NCBI GenBank assembly: GCA_024640315.1
Contig: JAHEFF010000006.1
Span: 10,169 to 74,168 of the forward strand
Direction of reading: 5' to 3'
Source: Woeseiaceae bacterium
Lineage (GTDB): Bacteria; Pseudomonadota; Gammaproteobacteria; Steroidobacterales; Woeseiaceae
Length of the DNA: 64,000 bases
Shown: piece after piece, positions 1 to 9,008 of the stretch
Numbering within the stretch: position 1 is the stretch's first letter
Layout of the letters: the number at the start of each line of letters is the position of its first letter
Translations under genes and position numbers: made by a program
The notes under the pieces: model-generated
The model's database searches: none
What the model was told of the DNA's origin: nothing
Seen by the model: only the letters and a program-made list of their open reading frames with translations

Positions 1-386
1 GCTTTGAGTCCGGCTGCAACTTCCGCGACTCGTTGCCGCAATTCGTCAAAACTGATTTCACGACGAACTCCGTTTTCACCCCAGAATACGATCGCGGCAC
101 TACTACCTCGGTGGCGAAGCAGGTGTGCCGCAAAGCTGATCTCGCCGTCACCGTAAAAGGTCGCCGTCGTTATGTCGCCAGGCTGCTCGAATACCGTACT
201 GGCTCTTTTTGAAAACTCTACGCCGCCGAAATCGCAAACAGCCTCCCAGAACTCCGCCACGTTTTCGATGGACCATTTGTGCAGGTCCGCGTAATGGTGG
301 TGGCCTTGCGCCGTCATGAATTGGTACATGGCGCTTTGTTCCAACCTCTCCCTGGCGGGCGTCCACAAAATGGGATTACCAGTCAC
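1..386 (-). CDS. acetoacetyl-CoA synthetase (acetoacetate--CoA ligase), N-terminal fragment running off the window edge
   Basis: Not in the ORF track because it is edge-truncated. My translation of the minus strand gives (M)TGNPILWTPARERLEQSAMYQFMTAQGHHHYADLHKWSIENVAEFWEAVCDFGGVEF...AAIVFWGENGVRREISFDELRQRVAEVAAGLK. This is the PLWTP ... WS.E...FW.AVWDF N-terminus typical of acetoacetyl-CoA synthetases. Start set at GTG 386 (in-frame stop near 469). ATG 329 is an alternative. Confidence 0.7.
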   Translation of the reverse strand, partial: MTGNPILWTPARERLEQSAMYQFMTAQGHHHYADLHKWSIENVAEFWEAVCDFGGVEFSKRASTVFEQPGDITTATFYGDGEISFAAHLLRHRGSSAAIVFWGENGVRREISFDELRQRVAEVAAGLK

Positions 387-469
387 ATTCGTTGCCTTTT
401 TTGTTAGGTGGTGCAGTATCCGGACAGAGGCCGGTGAATTCGCCGGTCCCTCATCAGGGGAATCCAATT

Positions 470-1459
470 ATGAAAGATTTAATGCAGGCAGTCTCTATCC
501 GCGAGCCGGGGGCTCCCGAGGTATTGCAGCCTGTGACTGTTCCCGTGCCTGAATTGGGAGAATTTGACGTACTGGTTGAAGTATCAGCGGCGGGGGTGAA
601 CCGGCCGGATATCCTGCAACGACTGGGTATGTACCCGGTCCCCGCAGATGCCAGCCCGCTCCCTGGCCTGGAGGTTGCGGGCAAAGTGGTCGCTCGGGGC
701 AAGGCAGCGAGCCGCTGGCAGGAAGGCGACAAGGTCATGGCGCTGACGCACGGCGGCGGCTACGCGGAGTACTGCCGCGTTAACGAAAACCACTGTCTGG
801 CGATGCCGGGTTCTCTTTCATTTACCGAAGCAGCCGCTGTGCCGGAGACTTTTTTTACGGTCTGGTACAACGTCTTCATGCGCGGCGATCTTCGGGCGGG
901 AGAAACGCTACTTGTCCACGGAGGCTCGAGCGGTATTGGCACTACCGCGATTCAAATCGCCAAAGCAAAAGGCGCCAGGGTTGTCGTAACCGCAGGTACA
1001 GATAATAAATGCCGGTTTTGCGAGGAGCTCGGTGCCGATCACGCGATCAATTACAGAACGAACGACTGGGAGAAGGAAGTCACGGATCTGACCAGCGCGA
1101 CTGGCGTGGATGTCGTGCTGGACATGGTAGCCGGGCCCTACATGCAAAAGAACATGAACGTGCTTGGACGCGATGGCCGCTATGTCATCATCGCCTTTTT
1201 GCAAGGCCCGAAAGCCGACCTGGATATGCGGCAGGTCTTAAGCAAGCGACTCACGATAACAGGATCGACACTTCGCCCACAGACCGTTGCAGAAAAAGCC
1301 GCGATCGCTGCTGAGATTTCGCAGCACGTACTCCCCATGCTTGAAACCGGCAAAGTAAGGCCCATAATCCACGCTACCTTTCCGCTCGTTGACGCTCGTA
1401 TCGCCCACGAACTGATGGAAAGCAGTTCGCACATGGGCAAAATCGTTCTGCAAACCTGA
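470..1459 (+). CDS. NADPH:quinone oxidoreductase (zeta-crystallin / medium-chain dehydrogenase family)
   Basis: Track ORF 392..1459 trimmed to in-frame ATG 470 (MKDLMQAVSIREPGAPEVLQ), with GGGGA about 10 nt upstream. Trimming removes the overlap with the divergent gene. Has the Rossmann motif VHGGSSGIGTTAIQIAK and the C-terminal SSHMGKIVL typical of Qor-like MDR proteins. Confidence 0.85.
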   Translation: MKDLMQAVSIREPGAPEVLQPVTVPVPELGEFDVLVEVSAAGVNRPDILQRLGMYPVPADASPLPGLEVAGKVVARGKAASRWQEGDKVMALTHGGGYAEYCRVNENHCLAMPGSLSFTEAAAVPETFFTVWYNVFMRGDLRAGETLLVHGGSSGIGTTAIQIAKAKGARVVVTAGTDNKCRFCEELGADHAINYRTNDWEKEVTDLTSATGVDVVLDMVAGPYMQKNMNVLGRDGRYVIIAFLQGPKADLDMRQVLSKRLTITGSTLRPQTVAEKAAIAAEISQHVLPMLETGKVRPIIHATFPLVDARIAHELMESSSHMGKIVLQT

Positions 1460-1473
1460 TTCGAGGACCCCCC

Positions 1474-2052
1474 GTGAACCTGACCTGGATCCTGATCGTT
1501 GTTGTCGTCGGCATAAGTGGCGCACTGCTTGTGTTTCGCGACAAGGTTCGTGGCAGGTCAATCCCGGATGACCTGAAGCCGGGCAAACCCTTGCCCGCGT
1601 TCGTCGCGGTTGACGAAAATGGTGGGCCGCTCTCGTCGACTGACCTGCGTGGGCGACCTTCGGTTCTGCTGTTCGTGCGTGGAACCTGGTGCCCGTTCTG
1701 CAGTAAACAGGTTCAGAACCTGACCAGATTCTATAAAGAGATCAACGAATCCGGCGCCCATCTCATCCTGATCACGCCAAAGCCGCTGGAAACCACCCGG
1801 CGCGTCGCCGATTTCTTCGATGTGAAATTCGAGTTCTGGCTGGACGAGTCCCTGGCCATCGGCAGGCAACTCGGGCTCGTGCAGGAAACCGGCGTTCCTG
1901 AAGAATATAGCCGTGAGTATGGGCGCGACACATTGTGGCCTGCGTCTTTGATTGTCGACAGCGATGGCATCATCCGCCATACCGCACTTTCCCGATTTAT
2001 CGCCGATCGGCCCGACCCGGAAAAACTGCTGAGGATTGTCCGGGAGCTGTAA
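1474..2052 (+). CDS. membrane-anchored thioredoxin-fold redoxin (AhpC/TSA-TlpA-like)
   Basis: 192 aa with an N-terminal TM helix (WILIVVVVGISGALLVF) and the CxxC motif WCPFC after LLFVRGT. GTG start 14 nt after the qor stop. Confidence 0.75.
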   Translation: MNLTWILIVVVVGISGALLVFRDKVRGRSIPDDLKPGKPLPAFVAVDENGGPLSSTDLRGRPSVLLFVRGTWCPFCSKQVQNLTRFYKEINESGAHLILITPKPLETTRRVADFFDVKFEFWLDESLAIGRQLGLVQETGVPEEYSREYGRDTLWPASLIVDSDGIIRHTALSRFIADRPDPEKLLRIVREL

Positions 2053-2132
2053 TTTCTACGTGCGGCCGGAAAAGCTTCTGGCGTTCCTCGAAAAACTGTA
2101 AAGTGGCCGGAAACAAGGACTAAGGGGCCCAC

Positions 2133-3770
2133 ATGAGCTTCAGATGTGTAGTGACCACTTTCGTTATCTTTGCGCTCGCTCAGTCAGCAGGCGCCGCATC
2201 CCAAACCGGACGACCGAACATCCTGTTGATCGTTGCCGACGACCTCGGCTACGCCGATCTCGGCGTCTATGGCAGCGATATCAATACGCCCAACATCGAT
2301 CAGCTGGCCGCAGAGGGGATCCTGTTTACCCAGTTTCACACAGCTCCGCTATGCGAACCGACCCGCGCCATGCTCCTGAGTGGCAATAACAATCATGTTG
2401 CCGGTGTTGCCGCTCAGTCCTACGTCGGCGTTGCCGGCGTGCCGTCTGAACATATCCCGGGCGTACCGCTTGCGGGTTACGAGAACCAGCTATCGGATCG
2501 GGTTGTACCTTTCCCGAAGCTGTTACAGGGTGCCGGCTACGATACCTACAGCGTCGGCAAATGGCACCTCGGCCTTGAACTGGAAAACAGCCCGTACGCA
2601 GCCGGGTTCAGCCGCTCATTCAACCTGCTGCAGGGTGCAGGCACGCACTTCGACGACAAGGGTTACTACGAGGGTGGATCGCTCTATCGCGAGGGGCAAG
2701 AGCTCGCAGAGTATCCGACGGGCCGTTATTCAACCGAGTTCTATACTGACAAGTTGCTGGAGTACATTGAAGCGGATCGTGATAGCGGGAAACCGTTCTT
2801 CGCCTTCGCCGCCTATACCTCACCACATTGGCCGATGCAGGTTCCGGATGACTACCTGGATTTGTACGCCGGCCACTATGACGACGGCTACGATTCTCTT
2901 CGCGAACGCCGGTTCGATTCGCTCAAGGAAGCAGGAATTATTCCCCTTGATTCCCAGCTGCCACCGCGAAATGACCGTAATACGCCATGGCAGCAGCTCA
3001 CAGCCGAAGAACAAAGAATCGAGTCGCGAAAAATGGAGCTTTACGCGTCAATGGTGGACAACCTGGATGACCATGTTGGTCGGTTAATCGGCTATCTGAA
3101 GGACAAAGATCTTTACAACAATACGCTGATCATTTTCATGGCTGACAATGGTGCCGCTGCTGAAGATTTTTATAACGGCGGCCCGTACCAGGACTATCTT
3201 CGGGCGACCTTCGACAACAGCTATGAAAAGATGGGCACAGCTGACTCGTTCGTCTCCTACGGGCCACAGTGGGCTGAGGCGGGCTCAGCTCCTTTCCAGA
3301 AGCATAAGGGCTATACGCGCGAAGGCGGAATGGTCGCGCCAATGATCATTGCCGGCCCGGGAGTGGCAGCGTCAGGCGTCATTGACCCGACTTATGCCAC
3401 CGTGATGGATCTCGCGCCCACATTTCTTCAAATCGCGGGCGCCGACTACCCGAACGATGGCTCGGTAAAACCCATGCTTGGGGAAAGCATGAATGACTTC
3501 CTTGCGGGAGACTCCGATGCCATACACGATGATGATTACATCACCATCCTCTCGCATCGCGGCCGGTCATTTGTCAGACAGGGGCCATGGAAGATCGTGA
3601 CAACGACGGGACCATTTGACGAATCCAATTTCGAACTGTTCAACGTGGTGGCCGACCCGGGCGAAATGCACAACCTCGCGGAAGCCGAACCGGAAAAGAT
3701 GGCGGAGCTGATAGGTATCTGGCGCGTGAAACGAAAGGAAATGGGCATCATTCTGCCCGAAGACCTTTAG
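2133..3770 (+). CDS. arylsulfatase (Cys-type, formylglycine-dependent), secreted
   Basis: 545 aa with signal peptide (FALAQSAGAAS). Has NILLIVADDLGYADLG and the C-x-P-x-R FGly motif in APLCEPTRAMLLSG, plus GKWHLG. Paralogous to 57257..58942. Confidence 0.9.
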   Translation: MSFRCVVTTFVIFALAQSAGAASQTGRPNILLIVADDLGYADLGVYGSDINTPNIDQLAAEGILFTQFHTAPLCEPTRAMLLSGNNNHVAGVAAQSYVGVAGVPSEHIPGVPLAGYENQLSDRVVPFPKLLQGAGYDTYSVGKWHLGLELENSPYAAGFSRSFNLLQGAGTHFDDKGYYEGGSLYREGQELAEYPTGRYSTEFYTDKLLEYIEADRDSGKPFFAFAAYTSPHWPMQVPDDYLDLYAGHYDDGYDSLRERRFDSLKEAGIIPLDSQLPPRNDRNTPWQQLTAEEQRIESRKMELYASMVDNLDDHVGRLIGYLKDKDLYNNTLIIFMADNGAAAEDFYNGGPYQDYLRATFDNSYEKMGTADSFVSYGPQWAEAGSAPFQKHKGYTREGGMVAPMIIAGPGVAASGVIDPTYATVMDLAPTFLQIAGADYPNDGSVKPMLGESMNDFLAGDSDAIHDDDYITILSHRGRSFVRQGPWKIVTTTGPFDESNFELFNVVADPGEMHNLAEAEPEKMAELIGIWRVKRKEMGIILPEDL

Positions 3771-4816
3771 GCTGCGCTGGCGATTATCTTCCGCGCCTGC
3801 GCATCCGCCACAACGTTGGTTGGTTGCCCGGTCGCCGCAGATTCCTTGAATATGTCTGTCAGCCGGGGACCGATCGCCGCAATCCGATCGAACACCTCTT
3901 CGTCGGTGGCATCAGCGTAATATTCGCTGGCAACGTTGATAATTCCACCACCATTAATGACGTAGTCCGGCGCATACAGGATGCCGGCGTCGTGCAGTCG
4001 CTGTCCGTCTTCGAGCGTTTCAAGCTGGTTGTTTGCACCGCCGGCAATAATGGCCGACTTCAGTCGCGGAATCGAATGCTCATTCAGGATTGCCCCAAGC
4101 GCACAAGGCGCAATCACATCCACATCCTGTGAAAGAAGCTCATCCAGCCCGACACCTGTTGCACCAAATTCATCGGCGACCCGCTGGACTCTCTCGCCGT
4201 CAATATCAGCAACAATCAACTTTGCACCAGCTTCGTGCAGGTATTGGCAGAGAAAATAGCCGACGTGACCGACACCCTGCACCGCGACAGTCAGCCCGTT
4301 AACGCTTTCATTGCCGAGTTTGAAACGAACTGCCGCTTCTATGCCGGTGAAAATGCCGAAGGAAGTCTTTGGTGAAGGATCGCCGCCTGCCTGACCGCCC
4401 TGCTGCGCAAGGCCGGCGACGTACTTTGTCGTTTTAGCAACCTTCTCCATGATTTCTACGCTCATGCCAACATCTTCTGCTGTCACGTAGTCCCCGTTTA
4501 ACTGGCCAACAAATTCGCCGTAACGTTCATACAGGGCATCGGTGCCAACGAAGCCCTCGGACTTCATAATAACGGCCTTGCCGCCACCAAACTTCAGGCC
4601 CGCCATCGCATTCTTGTAACTCATACCCTGGGACAGCCTCAGGGCGTCATGAAGTGCTTCATCGTCGTTTGCGTACGACCAGAGACGCGTTCCACCCGCT
4701 GCCGGACCCAATGCGGTGGAGTGAATCGCGATGATTGCCTTGAGGCCCGTGTTTGCGTCGTGACAAAAAACGACGCGTTCGTGGTTATCGAACGCGGAAT
4801 CATCAAATGCGGCCAT
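3767..4816 (-). CDS. Glu/Leu/Phe/Val dehydrogenase family protein (leucine-dehydrogenase-like)
   Basis: 349 aa. Contains GPAAGGTRLW, KFGGGKAVI and the NAD Rossmann AVQGVGHVGYFL. Stop overlaps the convergent sulfatase stop by 4 nt. Confidence 0.85.
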   Translation of the reverse strand: MAAFDDSAFDNHERVVFCHDANTGLKAIIAIHSTALGPAAGGTRLWSYANDDEALHDALRLSQGMSYKNAMAGLKFGGGKAVIMKSEGFVGTDALYERYGEFVGQLNGDYVTAEDVGMSVEIMEKVAKTTKYVAGLAQQGGQAGGDPSPKTSFGIFTGIEAAVRFKLGNESVNGLTVAVQGVGHVGYFLCQYLHEAGAKLIVADIDGERVQRVADEFGATGVGLDELLSQDVDVIAPCALGAILNEHSIPRLKSAIIAGGANNQLETLEDGQRLHDAGILYAPDYVINGGGIINVASEYYADATDEEVFDRIAAIGPRLTDIFKESAATGQPTNVVADAQARKIIASAA

Positions 4817-4934
4817 GGTAGTCCTTGTTGCCTTTCGGCTGGTTCGTTACAGGCGATACTTTTCGCTCCGGCGCGCGGATTCTAGCACCGACGCCGCTCA
4901 AGGTCATTTGCGGTATCACCTCAGTCGTACAGCG

Positions 4935-5630
4935 TCAGAACGGTACGTTAACTGCCTTGCAAAGAAACTGCATGTACGGTGTGGCCGCCTTAAATGCGGT
5001 TTCGACTTTCTGTTGAAATCGGGGTTGCAGCGCGTCATCCAGTGACATGGTCTTAACGGCTATAAAGTCCTTGCGCTTGATATCCTCAATCTGCGGATGG
5101 TCCTTGTCGAAGCCGCGCGGCGGTCGGCTGAGCGTCTCGCCGCCCAGGCGGAAATTGCGCCTGAAACTCTTGTCGTCACGACACCGTTCCCACTCAAGCG
5201 GCTTGGCGGAAATCCGCTCGCGAATTCCGCGCAGTGCATCCGGAGCCGGACGCCACATACCTGCGCCCAGGAATACTTCGTCAGGATCGATGTGCACATA
5301 GTAGCCTGGCGCGTGTACATCCCGTGCCTGCTCGTGTCGAAACTGAATCCCGATGTTCGTCTTGTATGGCGTCTTGTTCTTCGAAAAACGGGTATCGCGA
5401 TAAACGCGCATCAGCGAACCACCCATGCGTTTCGGGATTGCAGTGAAGTGCGGAGCAAATTCCGCCAAAGGATCCTGCATAGCCTGTATGAAGCGCAGCG
5501 CTACATCGAGCACCTGCTCTTCGTAGCGCGATTTGTTTTCATTGAACCAGTCGCGATTATTGTTCGCTTTCAGCTCATGCAGAAACTTCAGAGATTCCGG
5601 CGTAAACGACGCATATCGGTTGCCTGCCAT
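4935..5630 (-). CDS. TIGR02453/DUF2461 family protein
   Basis: Track ORF 4935..5711 trimmed to MAGNRYASFTPESLKFLHELKANNNRDWF. YRDTRFSKNKTPYKTNIGIQF is characteristic of the family. Confidence 0.8.
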   Translation of the reverse strand: MAGNRYASFTPESLKFLHELKANNNRDWFNENKSRYEEQVLDVALRFIQAMQDPLAEFAPHFTAIPKRMGGSLMRVYRDTRFSKNKTPYKTNIGIQFRHEQARDVHAPGYYVHIDPDEVFLGAGMWRPAPDALRGIRERISAKPLEWERCRDDKSFRRNFRLGGETLSRPPRGFDKDHPQIEDIKRKDFIAVKTMSLDDALQPRFQQKVETAFKAATPYMQFLCKAVNVPF

Positions 5631-5640
5631 ACTTGCTCTC

Positions 5641-6024
5641 TCAACATTTTTCTGTGCCCGCCTTCGGATGCGGGTACATATCGGTTTCATCCTCGCCAAC
5701 GCGCGGCGCAAGGCAGGCGAAATCTTTTTCTATGAGGATCTTCAATTGACCACCGTCGCCCAGACCTTGTTCCCCCTTGATCGACACCGCTTCTGAATCG
5801 GCCCAACTCTCGATATCCAGTTTAGGTACGCGAACCGTCAACACGTTGTTCGATATATGGGCTTCGGGCTTAACGGTTGCGGGCGAGCTTTCGAGGACAT
5901 AATCGAAAGAGTTGGTGCCCGCAAATCGCACGCGCCCCCGGACCAGGCCATCCGAGCTGACGGTATCGACCTCGGTACGTGTCAGGCGCAGGCGGATCGA
6001 ATCATCGAGCAGACGAAGCTTCAA
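5641..6024 (-). CDS. conserved hypothetical protein (127 aa)
   Basis: Intact ORF with coding-like composition, 10 nt upstream of the DUF2461 gene. MKLRLLDDSIRLRLTRTEV... resembles small uncharacterised DUF proteins, but I cannot name the family with confidence. Confidence 0.55.
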   Translation of the reverse strand: MKLRLLDDSIRLRLTRTEVDTVSSDGLVRGRVRFAGTNSFDYVLESSPATVKPEAHISNNVLTVRVPKLDIESWADSEAVSIKGEQGLGDGGQLKILIEKDFACLAPRVGEDETDMYPHPKAGTEKC

Positions 6025-6137
6025 TTGAAATCCTCTTCATTTTGTTATTTGCGGCATTTAAGCACGAAACGCATGAGGCCAAAAACCAATTAACCGGTGC
6101 GGCCGGTAAATGAGATGATGGCTTGACGGAACGGAAC

Positions 6138-8429
6138 CTACAGGGTTTGTAGCAAATTCTGGACGGGCGGAACATTCGGGTAAACCTTGTCAAGATCTGC
6201 GGCGATGGTCCGGGCTTCTTCTGTGCGGCCCTGGTCACGAAGCATGGTCGCGAGTGCCCAGCTGATGTCGAAGTCACCCGGAAACTGATCTTTAATGCTG
6301 TGCAAATAGTCAATCGCCGCATCCGCTTCACCCAGCGAATTAAGTGCAACGGCATAGACATAGGCGAATCTTGCGTTTTCAGGCTGCAATTCGGCAGCGG
6401 AACGGAGTTCCGCGAGTCCGTCCTGCTGCCGGGCGTCGCGAACCAGCAGCAAACCAAGCGAGTGATGGTACGCGGCCTCGTCCGGGCTGATTTCAAGTCC
6501 TTCGCGAAGCAACGCCTCGGCATCACCATCCCGACTCGTCCGTCGAAACAGGTCGGCAAGATTCGCTCGCGGACTGACTGCTTCGGGTTCCATTCGTAAT
6601 GCTGTACGAAACGCCGCTTCGCCGAGGCTTGCATCCCCTGATTCGACCAGCAGGTTTCCGAGGTTGATGTGCGACTCCGGTCGTTCTTGAATGGCCAGCA
6701 TGGAATCTTTCAGTTCCTGCTCTGCAACCCTGAATGCCCCCTCAAAGCGAATATGCAGCTGCTGGCGCATTGGTGAGATAACGCGGGCCGCTTCAATTCG
6801 AATAGTGCGAATGCGATCTGACAGTAGCGGCGCCGCCCAATCGACCTGTAATTCCTGTTGCAGGCCAGGCAGTGCGCGCAGAGCACCCAGGCGCACAAAC
6901 GGATCAGCGCTTTGTATTGAGGTCTGGATCACCTGGGCGACCTGCTGCGAATACGGTGGTCGCAACAAGCTAAGCGCGGTGCCACGGGCAATGCCCGGAA
7001 AATCGTTGTTGCCGATGGCCGCAATCAAGGGCTGATTGCCGCCACCGGTTCTGCCGGCATGAATTGCAAAGCCGTAGTGATCGCGAAAGTCATCGCCGCC
7101 GTACCAATCACTCACAGTCTCTGCCGCCCATTCGGCGTCCTGATCACTGTGGCACTGGTTGCACGCATTCGGCGAACCGGTGGCAATGGTCAGATCCGGG
7201 CGCGGAATTCTGAAGCTGTGGTCCCGGCGACCATCGACCACCATGAAGTCGCGAGAAACCATGTGGCAGTCAACGCAGGCAACTGATTCAACAGGATGGT
7301 TGTGATGTTCGGAGCTGTCAAACCGCGTCGGCAAATGGCAGGTCGCACAAACTGCACTGGGCTCCGGCCCGGTACGCAGCGTAGCCGAGTGTGGCTCATG
7401 ACAGTCACTACAGGATACGCCGGCCTGGTACATTCGGCTTTGCATGAAAGAACCGTATACGTACACCTCCTCCCGAATCTGACCGTCCGCAAAGTACAGT
7501 CGGTCCTCCAGCAGGGACGGCGAGTGCGTGTCCATCAGGGGTTTATCGAATTCGTACTCAGCAGCCGTGATGCCGCGGCGTGAATGGCAGCGGCCGCAAG
7601 CCTCCGGCTGAATCGGCGGGCGCATGCGAAGCTCGCTACGCGCAGCAATTCCCGTATCAGGATTCATCTGCCAGGTCGCCCGCCCCGCATCATCAAGATC
7701 CGTCAGAAGGCCCGCGCGGCTTCCAAAATCGTCACGTTCTGCCTGCGAGATGTGAACCGATGCGGGCCCATGACAACCTTCGCAGCCAACGCTTATTTCA
7801 GACCAGGTCGTATCAAATGAGTCGGTATCCGCGCTGTAATTTTTTTCAAGATTGGTGGAATGACATTCGGCGCACATGTAATTCCAGTTCTGCTCCCGAC
7901 CGGTCCAGTGAAGCTCGTCCCGGTGATCAATCCTTTCGTCAGGGTAGATATGAAACCAGCGCTGCCCACCGTCTTCGTCCGGCCGGCTGTCCCAGGCAAT
8001 GGGCAGGGTCTGCAACTTGCCGCCCGGAAACTCAACCAGGTATTGCTGTAAAGGGACAACACCAAACACGTATTTGACGGGGAAATCCTGCAGATTGCCA
8101 TTCTGGTCATCCGTCCGAACGTAGTAAGTGCCATTGCGTTCGCTGAACGTACTCGTCGTGCCAAAATAGCGGAACTCGACGCCTGAAAAATCACCCAGAA
8201 CGCTGCTCTCTGTTGCATGTTGCATAGCGAGCTCATGGTGGGAATCTCGCCATGCATCAAACTGTTCCTGGTGGCACGCCGCACAGGTGTCCGAACCGAC
8301 ATAGGACGGCGGCTGGTCGTCGGCCACGACGGAGGGTTGTTCGGCAGGGCCGCACCCGACCAGGATCAGGAGTAAAAGTTGAATAGAAAAATGACGCACG
8401 GGGACCTGCGCAACACTTGATACAAACAT
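6138..8429 (-). CDS. octahaem c-type cytochrome fused to a C-terminal TPR domain, lipoprotein
   Basis: Eight CxxCH motifs: CAACH, CAECH, CEGCH, CGRCH, CSDCH, CATCH, CVDCH, CNQCH. The C-terminal ~300 aa has TPR-like repeats. Trimmed to M30 (MFVSSVAQ...LLLLILVGC lipobox) from track ORF 6138..8516. Confidence 0.85.
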   Translation of the reverse strand: MFVSSVAQVPVRHFSIQLLLLILVGCGPAEQPSVVADDQPPSYVGSDTCAACHQEQFDAWRDSHHELAMQHATESSVLGDFSGVEFRYFGTTSTFSERNGTYYVRTDDQNGNLQDFPVKYVFGVVPLQQYLVEFPGGKLQTLPIAWDSRPDEDGGQRWFHIYPDERIDHRDELHWTGREQNWNYMCAECHSTNLEKNYSADTDSFDTTWSEISVGCEGCHGPASVHISQAERDDFGSRAGLLTDLDDAGRATWQMNPDTGIAARSELRMRPPIQPEACGRCHSRRGITAAEYEFDKPLMDTHSPSLLEDRLYFADGQIREEVYVYGSFMQSRMYQAGVSCSDCHEPHSATLRTGPEPSAVCATCHLPTRFDSSEHHNHPVESVACVDCHMVSRDFMVVDGRRDHSFRIPRPDLTIATGSPNACNQCHSDQDAEWAAETVSDWYGGDDFRDHYGFAIHAGRTGGGNQPLIAAIGNNDFPGIARGTALSLLRPPYSQQVAQVIQTSIQSADPFVRLGALRALPGLQQELQVDWAAPLLSDRIRTIRIEAARVISPMRQQLHIRFEGAFRVAEQELKDSMLAIQERPESHINLGNLLVESGDASLGEAAFRTALRMEPEAVSPRANLADLFRRTSRDGDAEALLREGLEISPDEAAYHHSLGLLLVRDARQQDGLAELRSAAELQPENARFAYVYAVALNSLGEADAAIDYLHSIKDQFPGDFDISWALATMLRDQGRTEEARTIAADLDKVYPNVPPVQNLLQTL

Positions 8430-8545
8430 CGCGGAGCTTAAGGGCAGCCTCTTATTGGTTGGTCTTTCCGGTCTCATCCTGACACCGGGCTGCCGCGTCG
8501 GGCTGGCTGGCGGCAATTGAGCTTCAGCGCGCCAGACAACATTGA

Positions 8546-8758
8546 CTATTCGGCGATGACGTTTTCCGCCTGGGGTCCCTTTTGTCCCTGTGTCACTTCC
8601 ATCGACACTTTCTGACCTTCTTTAAGAGTTTTGAATCCTTCCATCTGAATCGCGCTGTGATGAACAAATACATCCTGTCCACCTTCACGCTCAATGAATC
8701 CAAATCCCTTGTCGTCGTTGAACCATTTGACGGTTCCGCTGATTCTTTCGCCTGCCAT
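8546..8758 (-). CDS. cspA: cold-shock protein, CspA family
   Basis: 70 aa with [15 protein letters not shown] (RNP1) and VFVHHSAI (RNP2). Confidence 0.95.
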   Translation of the reverse strand: MAGERISGTVKWFNDDKGFGFIEREGGQDVFVHHSAIQMEGFKTLKEGQKVSMEVTQGQKGPQAENVIAE

Positions 8759-9008
8759 ATCTACCTCTAGATTAAACCCACCGGTGGCAACCGGTGTTTA
8801 CTTGTGCCCGCTTACTGCGAGCTGCGCACATATTAACCGCAAATTGCCGGAACGCCCAAAATTTTAGGCGTCACCGCATAACAAAATCTGCGATGACGAC
8901 GAATTTACCGGAAAATTTAGGCTTTGCGCGGTAGTTGAAACATAAAGTAATTGAGACGCCAGACCCTAATTGATTAAATTTGGATTCCCCGACGCGCAGA
9001 ATTGAATA

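Noticed and set aside
148-366. 72-aa minus-strand track ORF
   Set aside because: It lies in a different frame of the same DNA that encodes a clearly recognisable acetoacetyl-CoA synthetase N-terminus. The sequence is Arg/Gly/Pro-rich and reads as nonsense.
1474-2052. Could the membrane-anchored CxxC redoxin be the missing MauD?
   Set aside because: It has the right size and topology. However, it lies 48 kb away on the other strand in an unrelated context, and AhpC/TlpA-like redoxins are common. There is no basis for linking it to the dehydrogenase.
6002-6634. 210-aa minus-strand ORF
   Set aside because: It overlaps the 3' part of the octahaem-TPR gene in another frame. It is Arg/Ser/Cys-rich, with no motif. 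This is a typical shadow ORF of GC-rich coding DNA.
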